NCBI RefSeq assembly: GCF_009914755.1
Contig: NC_060931.1
Strand: one strand, 5' to 3'
DNA: 64,000 nucleotides
Source: the human T2T-CHM13v2.0 reference genome, Homo sapiens
Made by a program: the position numbers and the translations under genes. The number at the start of each line of letters is the position of its first letter. The stretch's first letter is position 1. Under the pieces are notes generated by a model, which was given only the letters and a program-made list of their open reading frames with translations, was not told where the DNA came from and made no database searches. This document shows, piece by piece, positions 40,664 through 56,067 of the stretch.

Positions 40664-43588
40664 CACAGAAGCAGGAGGTGGGGAGCCTGAGACAGAGATC
40701 ATCCTGTCTGCCCTTCCCACTTCAGGCTACCACCTCTTGCAGACCTACGTTAAATGAAATGAGAAGCCTCAACTTTGACTACTATTAAGGTATTACATAG
40801 AAGTAGACATTTTAGGGGCCAAAATAAAACTTTCTGGGTGACTAGAAGAGCACAAAGGATCTCTCATTTTCTGAAAGTGGAGTGATCGAAAAAAGCCACT
40901 GTGCCATTCCTGGAATTCATTCAAGAACAGAAAAAAATTTGTCCTACTGAGTGGGCTAAAAGAAATAGGGGAAAGATTAAAGCTGTCATGTGATTTCATT
41001 CCAGGAGACCTGCTTGTTCACTATAATGAGGTTATTTTCCCACATCAAGAAAAAACCTCCAATAAGTTCTATTTCCTAGTCTTACTGTAGATATTCCACT
41101 CCACGAACAATGAGGGAATGGTTGCACTTAATTGTTTGATGTCCATGTAGTCCAGTGGAAGAAAATTCTGTCCAGGTTCTCCAGTCCCTACCTGCTGAAG
41201 CCCAGTCCCCAACTAACTCATTCAGGCAGGCAAAAAATACTGTAAATTCATTTTGCTGCCCTGAGTTCAGTACCAGCTGATGTTGGGTTGGGTTCACTCT
41301 TCACCCCCTGCCCATCATGATTTTTTTCTCATGCCCACTATTAACTGACCAGTTTGTGTAATGGTAACCTGCTTTCCCACAGAGACCTGGATTCTTTGGC
41401 CCGCATGCCCTACCATGAGCCAGGGTCACCTTCCTGACAGATTCATCTCTTAGACTCTCAAATGCACATCACCTGACATGAAGTTCTGTCCAGCTCTGTG
41501 CTTCCTCCACTCTGCCCCAACGACCAGATTCGACCTCTCTGTAGCAACACCAGCCCACATCAAAACTGGTCATGCCACACCCACAGGGAGGAATCCCAGC
41601 CCTTCCCAGTTATGCCTTCAGCCTCTACCTGTCCCATCACCCTTTGCTGCTGAGATCCCAGTATGCCTTGCGGTTGAACCCATAGAAAGTTGGAATGAAA
41701 AAAAGAACTAGGAGGCACTCATCTGCAACTATTTCTTGTGATGAAAAATGGTGCAACCATTAAAGGAGAAAGGAGGAAAGGAAAAATTGGGGTCTTAAAA
41801 AGTACCCTTCAGTTATCATATAAGACTAGAAAAGCAGCCACAAAGTGTTCTTAATGTTACTCAGTGGTTATCATTTCAAATCAGACTCAGACCAGGAAGA
41901 TGCAAGGATAATCATGAAATATGAGGCACACCGCTGCTGAGCACCAGTTAGTTCCAAATGTGTTCATTTATTCATTTGCAGTAACAGCCTCGGAAATCAG
42001 TGGAGTGGTCTCTAGGAAGTAAAGGAATAAAATAATTTTCCAACTCTCATAGTCAGAGGGCTAATTCAAATTTCAAAAGGAACACTAACTTGCTTAAAGT
42101 ACCATAAAAATAGAGAGGGGGCGGGGAGAGTGGAAATTCCATCCTGCTTTAATCACTGTCTCCTGCAAGTTTCCTTAATGATTTCCAGCTGCCTCCATTT
42201 AGGCTGTTGCTTTGACAGAACTTTCATACAAACTTGGAACATTTAACGTATCCAAATTTTTTTTTTTTACTTTGCCCTCAACTGCATTCTAACCAAAAGC
42301 AGATTTCTCTTGGATTATATAAGAATATGATGAGCTGGAAAGGGGCGGAGTGAGGCAAGGAGTCTGCCTCTGCTTTTTGCAGTCTCCACAAACCATTTCA
42401 CAAGAGGCACAAAGGAAAATGTGAAAACCCAAGGAGAAGCCCACACCCTTGTAGAAAGCCAAAATATGGTTTCACTTCAACATACTACTGCATTCTGAAG
42501 AGAAACTGACTATTCAGAATTAGGCTACCACAAAATAAATACCTCCAAATTTTAATATAGGTAAAATTTTAAGAGGGGGAGAGAGAAAGAGAGTGTAGTA
42601 AGTTGGTATGGAAATATTTACAGCCAAACTTGTGCTGACCAAATAGCCTGTGACCCTAAGTCATCCATTTTTCTGCATGGGGAAAGGAGCAGAGAACAAT
42701 GGAAACATGGATATACAATATCATAAAAGATTAGATATTAATACTTGAATAAGGAAGTTTATTAAAAATCATGAGCTTCAGCCTTGAAGATCCTTGAAGG
42801 TCATAATTTCCTTTCCAATAGGGTTGTATGCTCTTTAAAAGAAAAGAGTAACCATCTCTTAATAATTTTTGTCTTCTCCCACAACCCCTAGCAATAGGAT
42901 CTCATATACGGAAGGTCTTCAATGAAGGCATGTTAAAGCGAATAAAGAAAAGCTTTCAGAGACTGATGTTAATAAAACAGGGGGATATGTGTAAAAAGAA
43001 AATGAAGACTGTTTGCAAGGAGATTAATTAGTAGGCTATTTTATCCTCATGATTCCTTGAATCTGTAATTTACTCAGCTATCATTAAGTTTTCCACATGA
43101 AGATAGGTCCTATATTTTTACTTGTGAGACAAAAAGAGACTTTGGTAGGTCTTCAAGTTATTCTCCTGAAAACTATCCCAGACTACTGAAGAGCTACTCT
43201 TTGAAAAAGGGTTCTATAAGTTAACCTATTCCTTCTTGTCCAACAGGTCAGTAAGGAAATACTCTATGTATATACCTCAAATCGTATATATTGCACACTG
43301 AATTTTTTCGGGGGGTAGGGTGGGTAGAGGGAAGTTCTTAAAAATATTTAAAAATGAATAATAATTTTCTATTTAAAATCCAAAAGAGGTACAGAGGAAA
43401 TATAGGAAATAGTAGCTAAGTTAGTCTTTGAGTCACTTCTCATCTCTACCTTCATTCATTTTGACAAATATTTTCGAGTACCTAGGGCAGAGCAGATGTT
43501 GAAAATCCCATAGATTTTCCATATAAATCTTATTCTCCATCACTTAGGGACATTCCGAGGCTCCAGAATTTCTGCTAGAAAAGCTTTA

Positions 43589-43955
<367 letters not shown>

Positions 43956-46835
43956 TCAAGCACTGGTTTACTTACATTGCATCTCTATCTAGGGAGCTTG
44001 GAAAGTTAAATTCTCCCAAGCCACTTGGTGCTGTTGCATTAAGGACCTATTTTTAACATAGCTTTGAGCTTTAATTCTGAATCTTTCCAAGTTCTCTATA
44101 TTATCCTCAAATTCTAGTGCCACAAATTGTACACATTCTAATATGGGCAAACACAGTTAAAAATAAACCAATTCATCAGTTTTTAGTGGCTGAATTTTGC
44201 CTATTTGTAGACTCCAATAACTGTACTTGCTTTTTGAACAAATTCATTATTCTTTTGATTCCTTATGACTAATTTCAGCAGAATGTCACCACAAGCAATC
44301 AATTTATTTTCAAAAAAGTGTTATGCAAATGAAAGGAATCAATAATACAGAATGGGAGTATATCTGTATTGAGCCTTCCTTTCTTTTGCCCGCTTGTTTT
44401 ATAAATTCCTACTCCTCATGTTTATTCCAGTATGCCATCTATTAACTATTTAATATATAAAATGTTATTAATAAATATTCCTGTACTGCACTATTTTTTT
44501 CTTTCATGGTCCATGGATCTTATACCTTCTTTATTAGATTATAAATTTCTTAGTTATAAAGACAGTGCCTAGTCCATTTTTGCATCCTGCTGGCCAGCAT
44601 CTGGCCCACTGAAAACATCAAAAATGGTTTGTTGAGTGAATGAGAGAATGCACTGAACCTTGAACCCTAGAAAAAAAGTATAAAATAAATCTTCAAAACT
44701 TTTATAAATGAATTCAAAAGCTGTTTCAGATAAACTATTAGCAAGTCCTCAAATCTAACACTTCTAGAAGGCCCACTAGGGAGGGTCAACATAACCTGGT
44801 AAGGGTGTAAACACAGCTATTGTTCTCTCCCGGATATGCTTACTTTTGATTTATTGCACATGTCCACCTGCAAGGCTTCTCCAAGCACACAGAGTCATAA
44901 TATACAAAGTCACCTAGTGACAAGTGAGTCTCTCAGCTCCATTGCTCACTTGGATCAGCAGCTCTCATTTATCTCTCAGGCAGCTCAGAACTGCTCCCAG
45001 CCTCAAGGCCCACAAACTCAGACTTTGTCAAATCAAATGGGCAATAATTTACCATATAAGTATCTTTTATAGAATAGTGAGTTATTTCTCTTCTTTGTCA
45101 TCTTTTTTCCTCACAAAATAAAACACTGGAATTATAATTCCACATGTAGATTTATAGTTAGTTTTTCTTCTTAAGAAGGTGTGTCCATTATTATTTCATT
45201 GATCACAAGCAAGATGAGGTAGGGAGTTTAAAGGATTTAAATAAATATATCAACACTTGCCCTCAAAAGACTCAAAGTACATGGAATAGTTGCATATGGT
45301 GATAAGCTGAAGATTCCAGAAGAAAGGAGGGAAATCAGGTAAAAACCAATCTTGAAATTGAAGTAGAAATGTAAAATCGGAAGGAAAACAGAATAATCCA
45401 CAAGGAAAACCATGCTCCCTGAAGAGTTAAAATGCTAAATCCTGAGATGCTAAATTCTACTCAGGCTTTAAATCAAATCAAGCTACCTTGTACACCCATA
45501 ATTTATCTCTGTGGTGAAGTTTGTTCTTATTTTCAAGCAAAATAATGCATAGGTAAGACTTGACTATGTACAGAGAATGCCATAAATGAAAGGCAGGCTG
45601 AGCTATGTGAGTCTCCAGTGGAAAAGGGTGAGTTATGGTCGTGGTTATTCTACATGAAGAACACTGTTTAATAACACAGGGTTCCTGGATAAGGCATGCC
45701 TTGCAATTAACATTCTCATCAACACAGAATGGCTGTTCCCTTTCATCCTTTCTTAGCAGTCTCTGCAAAGGAAGCATTTCAAAACTCTATTTACCTACTG
45801 ATACAGAGTATGCACTGCCACCCATACAAGGCGGAAAGCAGAAGCAGCTACTGATTTTGAGGTTTCACGTGATGATTTTTCTCCATTACACAATAATACT
45901 ACCTAACTAATTCTACGTATTTGGGAGCAAACTTTATTTGGTGAAACACTCAATTAGGAATTAAAATTTGTGTTCAATTCTTGGCTCAATCTCTTATTAC
46001 ACATATATATGATTTGGAGTAAAATACTTACCTAAGATCTCTTGAATTTTTTTCAACAATAAAATGGGTGTTAGTGATACTTGCCTTAATCGCCTCCCTA
46101 TATAATTGAAACAATCAAATGAGATGATGTAGTTAATGTGCTTTGTAAATTGCATAGTGTTATGCAAATATAAGATACTAATTAAACACATTCAATAACA
46201 AAAATGCCTTTCATAGGAATTTCCCTCTCATCCTATGAGATGAAAAATTGCTTTAAATCTTTCCTATAAAAAGAGAGCATAAATAAATGACTATAATGAT
46301 GCAGAAAGATCTTTCTTGTGACTACAAACCATCTGTACCTACCAAAAACAGCTACTAAAACTACAGAAATAAGGACATTCTTCCAGGTAGTTCTCTTCTC
46401 TTGTTTCATTGAGCTTTGGGGAAATATTTTTTAAGTTCTAGTCTATTCCTTTTAACTGGTTTCTGATGCACATATGAAGGATAACTCTCTAGATGCTTAC
46501 TCTTTCCAGAAAGTATTTACTTAGAGAAAATTAGAATTTAATTTATACTGGATGATCAATATAGACCTTTATGCATGCAATACATCTAATACACCGCAAC
46601 CAGATTAATTTCCCTAGTCAGTGATTAATTGCCTACTCTGTCCCTGGCTCTGGAGAAGGTACCTGGAATACAACAAAGAGCATAATGGGCAGGGTCTCTG
46701 CCCTTCAAAATATCACATCCATAGTCTTGTTTCAGAGCTCATCTTTCTCAACCTCTGTGATATTTGATTTTGTTGCCACTTTGCCTTCTTGAAACTTTTT
46801 CTCTCTTGATTTTGAAGATATTATTCTTGCCTAAT

Positions 46836-47235
46836 ATAGCAGACACCACTGGCAAAGTGCTCCAACCTGCATTTCCAACCCCTTCTCCTTCGTTACCTTC
46901 CAGCTTTCAGTGTGACATGGTTTTGACCAATTAGATGTAAAGTGAAATCTACGCTAATGTTTCCACAAATATATAGGCATCACTGCTTCCACTTCCTCAT
47001 TCTTTCTGCTAAAACGTAGACATAATTACCAGAGCTGTAGCTGACAACCTGCATCCAGGTCAAGAAAATGGCAAAACTTGGGGCTGATGGTGGTAATCTA
47101 AGCACTCGTCGTAACTATCCATGTTCAGACTTCTTGCTTTGTGAAAGAACTAAACAAACAAGAAACTCCTTTTGTTTAAGCCACTACGTTCAGGTTTTCT
47201 ATTACTTGCAGCCAAATACGTTTCTAATTGACACA
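46836..47235 (+). mobile_element. Old MLT1 (J/K-like) LTR within L2 fragments
   Basis: TGTGACATGGTTTTGACCAAT.AGATGTAA; TTTGTTTAAGCCACT..TTACTTGCAGCCAAA..TAATTGACACA terminus. Confidence 0.65.
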
Positions 47236-47923
47236 CCCTGTTTCTCTTTTACTTATCTGTCCAATACTTATTTCCTCCAGAAACGTCACATTTTTTTTCT
47301 GTCTATTCTTTGGAGGTCAATTTTCAGCACCTTCTATGTATTCTTCCTGGGAAATCTCAATTCACCCATTCTACTTGTTCTTTCATTAAGTTATTCAACA
47401 AATAGAGATTAAAAGACTGCCACATGCCTGGCACTGCTCTGAGCACTAGGGATAGAACAGTGAACAGTAAAGCTTCCACCTTCATGGAAATTACAGTCTA
47501 GGAGTAAAATACAACCACCTAATTCTAATTCATTCTCAGTCACAGATTAAGTCTCTGCAGAGACCTCCCCAAACTTCCCAGTCTAAATTAGCATATCCTG
47601 CTAGATATTTTCATAGCATCCTGTGATTTTCCTTTCCATAGCATATATTTTTAGTTACATACTTCACTGTGTATTTATTTTACATCTTTCTCCTCCAGTA
47701 GAAAGTAAAGTGGTAATTAAGTCTTTTTATAACTATCCTATATCCAGTGTTTCACAGATTATCTAGCACATATTACGTGCTCAGTAAATACATGTTGATA
47801 TTTGATGACTTCTCTAGACTTACATTTCAAATTACCTTCTGGGCATCTCCACATGAATATTCTGCAAGAGCTTTGAAACAAAAGACCCAAAATAGATTAT
47901 ATTTATATTTGCACTGAATTTTT

Positions 47924-48211
47924 TTTTTTTTGAGATGGAGTCTCGCTCTGTCACCCAGGCTGGAGTGCAGTGGTGCAATCTCAGCTCACTGCAACCTCCA
48001 CCTCCTGGGTTCAAGCAATTGTCTGCCTCAACCTTCCAAGTAGCTGGGATTACAGGTGCCCGCCACCATGTCCGTCTTTCTTTTTTTATTTTTAGTAGAG
48101 ACAGGGTTTCACCATCTTGGCCAGGATGGTCTTGAACTCCTGACCTCGTGATCCACCTGACTCGGCCTCCCAAAGTGCTGGTATTACAGGCATGAGCTAC
48201 CATACCTGGCC
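47924..48211 (-). mobile_element. AluSg-like
   Basis: ACCATCTTGGCCAGG, GAACTCCTGACCTCGTGATCC; TSD TGCACTGAATTTTT (47910-47923 / 48212-48225). Confidence 0.93.
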
Positions 48212-50079
48212 TGCACTGAATTTTTATTCCCAGTTAATGGCATCACCAAAAACCAAAGTCAGAAACTTCAAAATCATCCCTACCATTGACTCCTCCACTC
48301 CCTCTCATCTCCAACTGGTACCTAAGAGCTCTATTTCTATCAATCTGATATTTCTTCACTCTCCCCTTCATTCCCATTAGTACTGTCCATACTTCTTTAC
48401 TGCAGATCCTCATTTTGCCTGCATTACTACAGTATTACTATTACAGTAGGCTGCTCATTCGTCTTCCTGTGTACTTGAATCCCCTCCTTACTAATGCTCC
48501 TCAACTAACCAGGTATTATACCCATTTCGCAGATTGGAAAAACTAGCCTTTAAGAATTTAAGTAACTTTTTCCAGGTCACCCAATTAGTAAGTAGCAAAG
48601 CTGGAGTTTATACTGGCCTATATCCCTAATCAAGAGGCCTGGGAGAGACCTTCCAGACCTCAGCATGACAAAAACCCCCAATCCAGATGCCCTAAATTGT
48701 AAAGGTATGTTACACATGCATCACCCTCAGAAGTCTGCATATTTCCTGGGAAGAGATAAAAGGTCTTCTGCATTTCATCTCCCTCCACCTCCCACCTCTT
48801 GCCCAGCATGGCATTCTGCTCCATTATAAGCTATCAAAGGATTTTTCAGACAAGAAGGGGAGAAAGGAGAAAGAAAGATTAAAAAAAATGATTTATCCAA
48901 GGTAAAGAAATAAAGGAGGATCAAAGGTGATAAGACCTGAGGGAGAAAGAGATAGGAAGATAAAACATAACTCACTTTGTTTAGACTCTGGTTCAGAAGT
49001 TATGCCTTTGCAAAAACTGTTGGCTGGAATTTTGGCTGATGTTTTACTTAGTTCAGCACAAGGAAAATTTCAACTTGGCCTTCTCCTTGAGGAACATTTA
49101 TGAAGAAATAAGAGTTATATGAAGATGTGAATGAGGAGTCAACTCACATATACCCTTACTTAAAGTGAAAGTTAGCAGCTAAGTGCCACCAAGTAAATCA
49201 ACTGTCTTCTAAAAGCTCTGCCCTCTCCCCTTCAAAACAATTAGAGTCTAAAAACCCACATTGATTTCTCACTTTTTTTTTTTTTTTTTTTTTTTTACCA
49301 TTTTATGCTCTAAGAGTAATTTGGGACTGTATCTGGGACTGTGGTATCTCCTCTATAGCAACTAAAAGGCTTTCAATCTGATAATTAACCTACCATGCCA
49401 TTTCACCCAAATAATCTTCTGGAAATTTACCAATGTACTTCCAAATCTTTCATAGGCTGGCTTTGCCTCAGCACCACTAAATCACTCAGGATCATGTTTC
49501 TCACAGGCGGCGGCTGAAATAAAATATGCATACTATGTAATTGGAAAAAGATTCTGTCTCATTTTCCCCGGCTGTTCTTCCTTGTTGGCAATGCAGAGGG
49601 AAAGAAGGCAGCAAGAATGTCTTCCTGCTGACAACTTAGAAGACAAGCCATCATCACAGAGCCACATCAGCAGGGGCGGGCCTGAGTTCTCTGAAAGCAT
49701 CTGATGGGGCCCTTCGCCCTGGGGACCCTCATCACACAGTCCGTTGATACTGAATGAGAGTTTCAATAAAGCAATATGGCGTGCAATTCCAAAACACATC
49801 CTAAGTGCCCTCTACTCATTGGCTCTTTTGCCTTGCTCTTTTTCAGCTTTTCCAAAAACAAAATGTTTACCTCCAGCCAAAGTGCCACATGTGCAGGGAA
49901 GGAACACATTCTGTGTTTACTTTTTATGGGTTTCCATAATCCTTGTAATAAAACATATTAAAATGAGAACCTTCTTCATTAGTCTGGGGTTTATACAGGA
50001 GATTATTTAAAATTTTATAAATTTACAATCACTTTTATTTTCAGTTCTCTATTATTCAGAATTTAATTGTTCATGAAAT

Positions 50080-50266
50080 AATAATAGCTAGGACTTATTG
50101 TGCTCTCCATGTTCCAGGCACTGTTCTAAGTGTCTCATGTACATTAATTTTGTCCTCAAAACAATCCTATGAGGCGGGTGCTATTATTATCACTCCTATC
50201 TTTACAGACAAGGTAGTTGAACCACAATGGGGTTAAATAATCTGCTGAGGTCATCAGCTAGTAAAT
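50080..50266 (-). mobile_element. MIR
   Basis: CCAGGCACTGTTCTAAGTG, AACAATCCTATGAGG.GGGTGCTATTATTATC, TTTACAGA..GGTTAAATAA. Confidence 0.8.
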
Positions 50267-50954
50267 ACTACCAGTACCATATATGTGTTCACTGCTTCTT
50301 TCTTATTCCTTCTATGTTCCCTTTAGGGCCATTTTATCCATGTATTCTTTAGAGAATTCTTACCTTTAGAGAATGTTATCAATATATAGTAGAGATGCAA
50401 TGCCAGGAGGCACACCCCAAAATTATGGAACCAAGGGAAATGAAGCAGGTTCAGAGAATCCTTCAGAGCATGTGCTAGAAGCAGTCAGTGCTCCCTGAAT
50501 ACCTGCTCTTCCCTTAATTTGCTAGCTTTCCTTGAAGTTGGATGAACCCATGTCACTAGTTCTGAGCAATGGTCTTCAAGCAGAAGTAAAGCCAAGTGAA
50601 AAAATGTACCTGGAAGACAGAGTGTTCAACGATATCAGATGCCACAGATAGATCAAATAAGGTGAGAATTGAGAATTGATTATGGGGTTTGGTAAAATGG
50701 AGGTCATCATCGACTTTGAAAAGAATAGTTTTTCTATAGAAATTCATTACGAGCATCACTGAATCAGACTATAAGGAACTACTTCACTAGTGAGTATAGA
50801 ACTTAGGTCTATACAAGTTAGTCAATTATTGACATGGAGTTAGAGAGCCTAGATCCTTCCCCACTCAAACCTATGCTGTTCTCTCAGCTAACCCACCAGA
50901 AGCCTGGTTTGCTTTCCTTGTTCCATTACACATCCATATACATATAGGTCACAT

Positions 50955-51396
50955 TGTCAAAATTTTAATTATCGGCCCAAATTCTTTACTCTCCTCTAGT
51001 AGTGCTACACATCTGTACCCTTGCCATGGTCTTATGGATGTGTAATGTACTACTGAGCCCCTTAACTATGTGGTTGGTCATATTATTTACATTGGTCAAT
51101 TGGACATTAGCAAAAACAACCTAGGTGGAAAAACTGAAATTTGCTTGAGCAATTGCACTTTCCCTCTGCAAGTCTACATAGCCCTGAGTCAGTCCACATA
51201 CCCAGGATAGTTCACTGGTCCCATAGAGACACCCAAAGCTAACCACAGCCTGGAACGAAGTCTAGTCTACATGAGCCAAACTTCAGTCAACCTGCAGAAG
51301 CACAAGCGAGAAAGAAATGACTTTTTTGTTAGAAGCCACTGAATTTTGCAGCGGCTGGTATATAGCATTATTGTGAATATAGCTGATTAAGACACA
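50955..51396 (+). mobile_element. MLT1G/H-like LTR
   Basis: GGCCCAAATTCTT..CCCTTGCCATG; AAGCCACTGA..ATAGCATTATTGTG..ATAGCTGA terminus. Confidence 0.6.
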
Positions 51397-52019
51397 AGTT
51401 GTGGTAGAAATATTTCAAATGTCCTTTAAAAATAAGTAACATAGTTCTTCCTGAACTCTTCTTTAATTACAAACTTCAGATTGATCCCAAAATGCCATGA
51501 AGCCACTCCACCCAATACCCACACCACAGTAAAGTTGGTCACTCTCCTCTTAAGAATTCAGTCTTTAAGGACTGGAAGGGACCTGAGTAATCATGCCCAG
51601 CCACCTCTTTTTACCTCTGAGAACACCCAGGAGGTGAAATGACATGTCAAATATCACATTACTAATCACTGAGAACAGTGATTGGAAACTAGATTTCTCA
51701 CGGTGTTTTCAGGCCTATTTGTACTGTGTCACACTGCTTGTCTTAATTCCAAATTGAGGACTCTCAGGTTGAAGCTACAGTCAGAAACAAGAGATCTAGA
51801 ATTAACATTATAAACACTCATTCTCTTGTCATCTACTGTAACATCTTTCTCTTTGTTTAAGCCCCTTTCTCTCCAGTGCCTGAACTACCACCACTAACAC
51901 ACATACACACACACACAGAGTTTTGGATTTGGTCTTTAGTCTTTGCTTTGATTATGATTATGCATCCTTCAAAAATCTCTGTTCCATCAATAATTAGCAT
52001 ATATGTTTAAAATATTTCG

Positions 52020-53865
52020 CTGGAATCATAGATGACACAAACTACTGGAAAAGCATTCCATGCTCATGGATTGGAAGAATCAATATCACTAAAATGGCCA
52101 TACTGCCCAAAACAATCTATAGATTCAATGCTAAACCTATCAAACTACCCATGTCATTTTTCTCAGAATTAGAAAAAACTATTCTAAAATTCACAAGGAA
52201 CCAAAAAAGAGCCCAAATGCCAAAACAATCCTAAACAAAAAGAACAAAGCTAAAGGCATCATATTACCTGACTACAAACTATAATACAGGGCTGCAGAAA
52301 CAAAACAGCATAGTACTGGTACAAAACAGACACATGGACCAATTAAACAGAATAGAGAGCCTGGAAATAAAGCTGCACATCTACCACCATCTGATCTTTG
52401 ACAATGTCAACAAAAATAAGCAATGGAGGCGCCAGGCATGGTTGCTCACACCTGTAATTCCAGCACTTTGGGAGGCCAATGCAAGAGGATCACTTGAGCC
52501 CAGAGTTTGAGACCAGCCTGAGCAACATGGCAAGACCCTGTCTCTACTAAAAATAATAACAAGCAATGGGGAAAGGACTCCCTATTCAATAAATGATACT
52601 GGGATAACTTGCTATCCATATGCAGAAGAATGAAATTGAACCCCTACTTTTCACCATATACAAAAATTAACTCAAGATAGATTAAAGATGTAAATGTAAG
52701 ACTTCAAACTATAAGAATCCTAGAAGAAAACCTCAGAAATGCCATTCTAAACTCAGCCTTAGGAAATAATTTATGACTAACTCGTCAAAAGCAATTGCAA
52801 CAAAAACAAAAATTGATGTGTGAGACCTAGTATTAAACTAAAGAGTTTCTGCACAGTGAAAGAAACTATCAACAGAGTAAACTGACAACATAGAGAATGG
52901 AAGAAAATATTCTGAAATGATGCATCTGACAAAAGTCTAACTTCCAGCATCTATAAAAACTTAAACAATTCAACAAGCAAAAAACGAATAATCCCATTAA
53001 AAAGTGGGCAAAAAACATGAACAGGCACGTCTCAAAAGAAGACATACAAGCAGCCAACAAACATTTGAAAAAATACTCAACATCACTAATCATCAGAGGA
53101 ATGCAAATCAAAACCGCAATAAGATACCACCTTACACCAGCCAACATGGCTATTATTAAAAAGTCAACAACAACAACAAGAAAAACAGATGCTGGTGAAG
53201 GTGCAGGGAAAAGGGAACTCTTATACTGTTCGTGGGAATGTAAATTAGTTCAGCTGCCTTGGAAAGTAGTTTGGAGATTTCTCAAAGAATTTAAAACAGA
53301 ACTACCAATTTACCCAACAATCAATCGCATTACAGGGTATACATATCCAAAATAAAATACATCCTTCTACCAAAAAGACACATACACTCTTATGTTTGTC
53401 ACAATGCTATCTACAATGGCAAAGATAAGATCAATCTAGGTGCCTATCAACAGTGGATTAGATAAAGAAAATGTAGCACATATACACCATAGAATATTAT
53501 ATAATCATAAAAATGAATTAAATTATGTCCTATGGAGCAACATGAGGTAGAGCTGGAGGCCATTACCCTAAGTGAATTAACACAGAAACAGAAAACCAAA
53601 TACCTCATTTTCTCACTTATACACAGGATCTAAACATCGAGAAAACATGGACATAAAGATGGCAACAACAGACACTGAGGACCACTAGAAGGGGAAGTGG
53701 AGGTGAGAGGTGAAAAATTTACTGTTGGGTACTATGCTCACTACCTGGATGGCAGGATCATTTGTATCCCAAATCTCAGAATCACACAATATACCCATGC
53801 AACTAACCTGCATGTGTATCCCCAGAATCTAAAATAAAACAATTACCAAATAAAATAAAATAAAT
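52020..53865 (+). mobile_element. 5'-truncated L1PA16-like element (ORF2 3' part and 3' UTR)
   Basis: CCATGCTCATGGATTGGAAGAATCAATATC; ORF 53017..53355 resembles ORF2p; 3' UTR GGACATAAAGATGGCAAC, GGGTACTATGCTCACTACCTGG, GAATCTAAAATAAAA. Confidence 0.9.
52429..52557 (+). mobile_element. Free left Alu monomer (FLAM_C-like) inside the L1
   Basis: Left arm only (GAGGATCACTTGAGCCCAG); flanked by AATAAGCAATGG (52415-52426) / AACAAGCAATGG (52558-52569). Confidence 0.85.
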
Positions 53866-54560
53866 TTTTTGGAAGATATTATAAAAAGTGGTATGCCCAA
53901 TAGAAGCATAGTTATTGAGCTAAAAACTTCATTTTATAGACAAGGCAATTGAGCCCTAAAAAAGTAACATGACTTGCCCAAGGTCATGCAACTACATAGC
54001 AAAAAAGAAGGAACTGGATCCCAGGATTCTTTACTCTTCTGTGCCTCCCAAACCCTCCCTTTTATAACTAGCCTTATATGTATATTTGTGCCTTGGTGAT
54101 TATTAACCTCATTACCTCATTCCTTCAGAAGAAACTAATTTTAGATTATTTTTTCTATATATTTCTTCTAACTATTTCTCTTTCTAGAATGAAGACAATT
54201 TTTATATTAGAATCTAATCCAAATATTCTTGAAGGATTTCAAAAGTCAATATGACATTAACGCTTTCAAAAAGACAATCTCTCATGATGATAGTGAGGTT
54301 AGCAGTCTTTAAACTGCTGTGCTTTCAAACAAAAAGCTATTTTGCATACTTAAAAAGCATCTTTCATTTTCTTATCTGTAGGGCTCAATACTTTCAAAAA
54401 CTACTCATTAATTCTTTCTTACTTCTTGTATTCTTAGAAAAGAAGCAAAACTTAAACACTCAAAAGTTAAGTCATTTGCCAAAGGCTGTATAGGAAGTCA
54501 CCAACTAAGTACATTGCCTCTGAAAGGTTTCGGTATGAAATTCCACATATAGTGCCACTA

Positions 54561-54853
<293 letters not shown>

Positions 54854-55670
54854 TAATTCCCACAAAACTAGCATTCATTGAAGTTATACTGTGCTCTATG
54901 CACCATGATATGACTTTTGTATGCATTAATTTATTCCATGATGATGGAAATGTTAGTATGTAACATTATTGTCCTCATTTTAGAGATGAGTATGATGAAT
55001 TTTAGAGATATTAAGTAACGTTTCCAAGGTGACACACCAGAATGAACACACCCAATTTCTGGCAAAGATGTCATGTCTGTCTTACAAAGTATTACCAAAT
55101 CAGAGTAGGGAAAAGATCTTGCTTGACTCCAGCACCGAAATAGTGAACAAAATGGGTTCTGAGGTTTTCATGGTGGATTGCTGTAGGTACATTTATTTAT
55201 TTTTCTGGGGCACAGTGAAATCTATTTTTTTAATGTTATTTGAGCTACTTCATGAAAGTAAATTAGAAATTAGCCTTTAATGTTAGAAGTCAGGATGGTG
55301 GTTTCCAGTAGAAAGGAAGGAGTGGTGATGACCTGAAGGGGAGCCCAAGGGTGATTTTTAGTGCTGATTGTTTATATCTTGTTGTAAGGTATCATAATAC
55401 AGTTGTGCTTATTTTGTGAAAATTTGTTGTTCTGGACACTTATGATTCATACAGTTTTCTTTGTGTATGTCACATATCATTAAAGATCATATTAAAATTA
55501 ATCTTTGAAAATGTCTAAAAACATATTTGAAATAGATATACTAAATACCTCTAAAAAAACCTGATTACATTTACCAGCTGTGAAACAGGTGAGGTAATGT
55601 AACAGAGCCTATCTTATAGATTTTGAAGATGATAGGTCTTTTTCATTTCCATCCCAATTCAGGATTTCTA

Positions 55671-56067
<397 letters not shown>

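Noticed and set aside
40555-40788. ORF with poly-Glu after a strong acceptor-like pyrimidine tract (AG at 40592-40593)
   Set aside because: Poly-Glu comes from a (GAG)n repeat; only weak donors follow; the region may be an ancient LTR I cannot name
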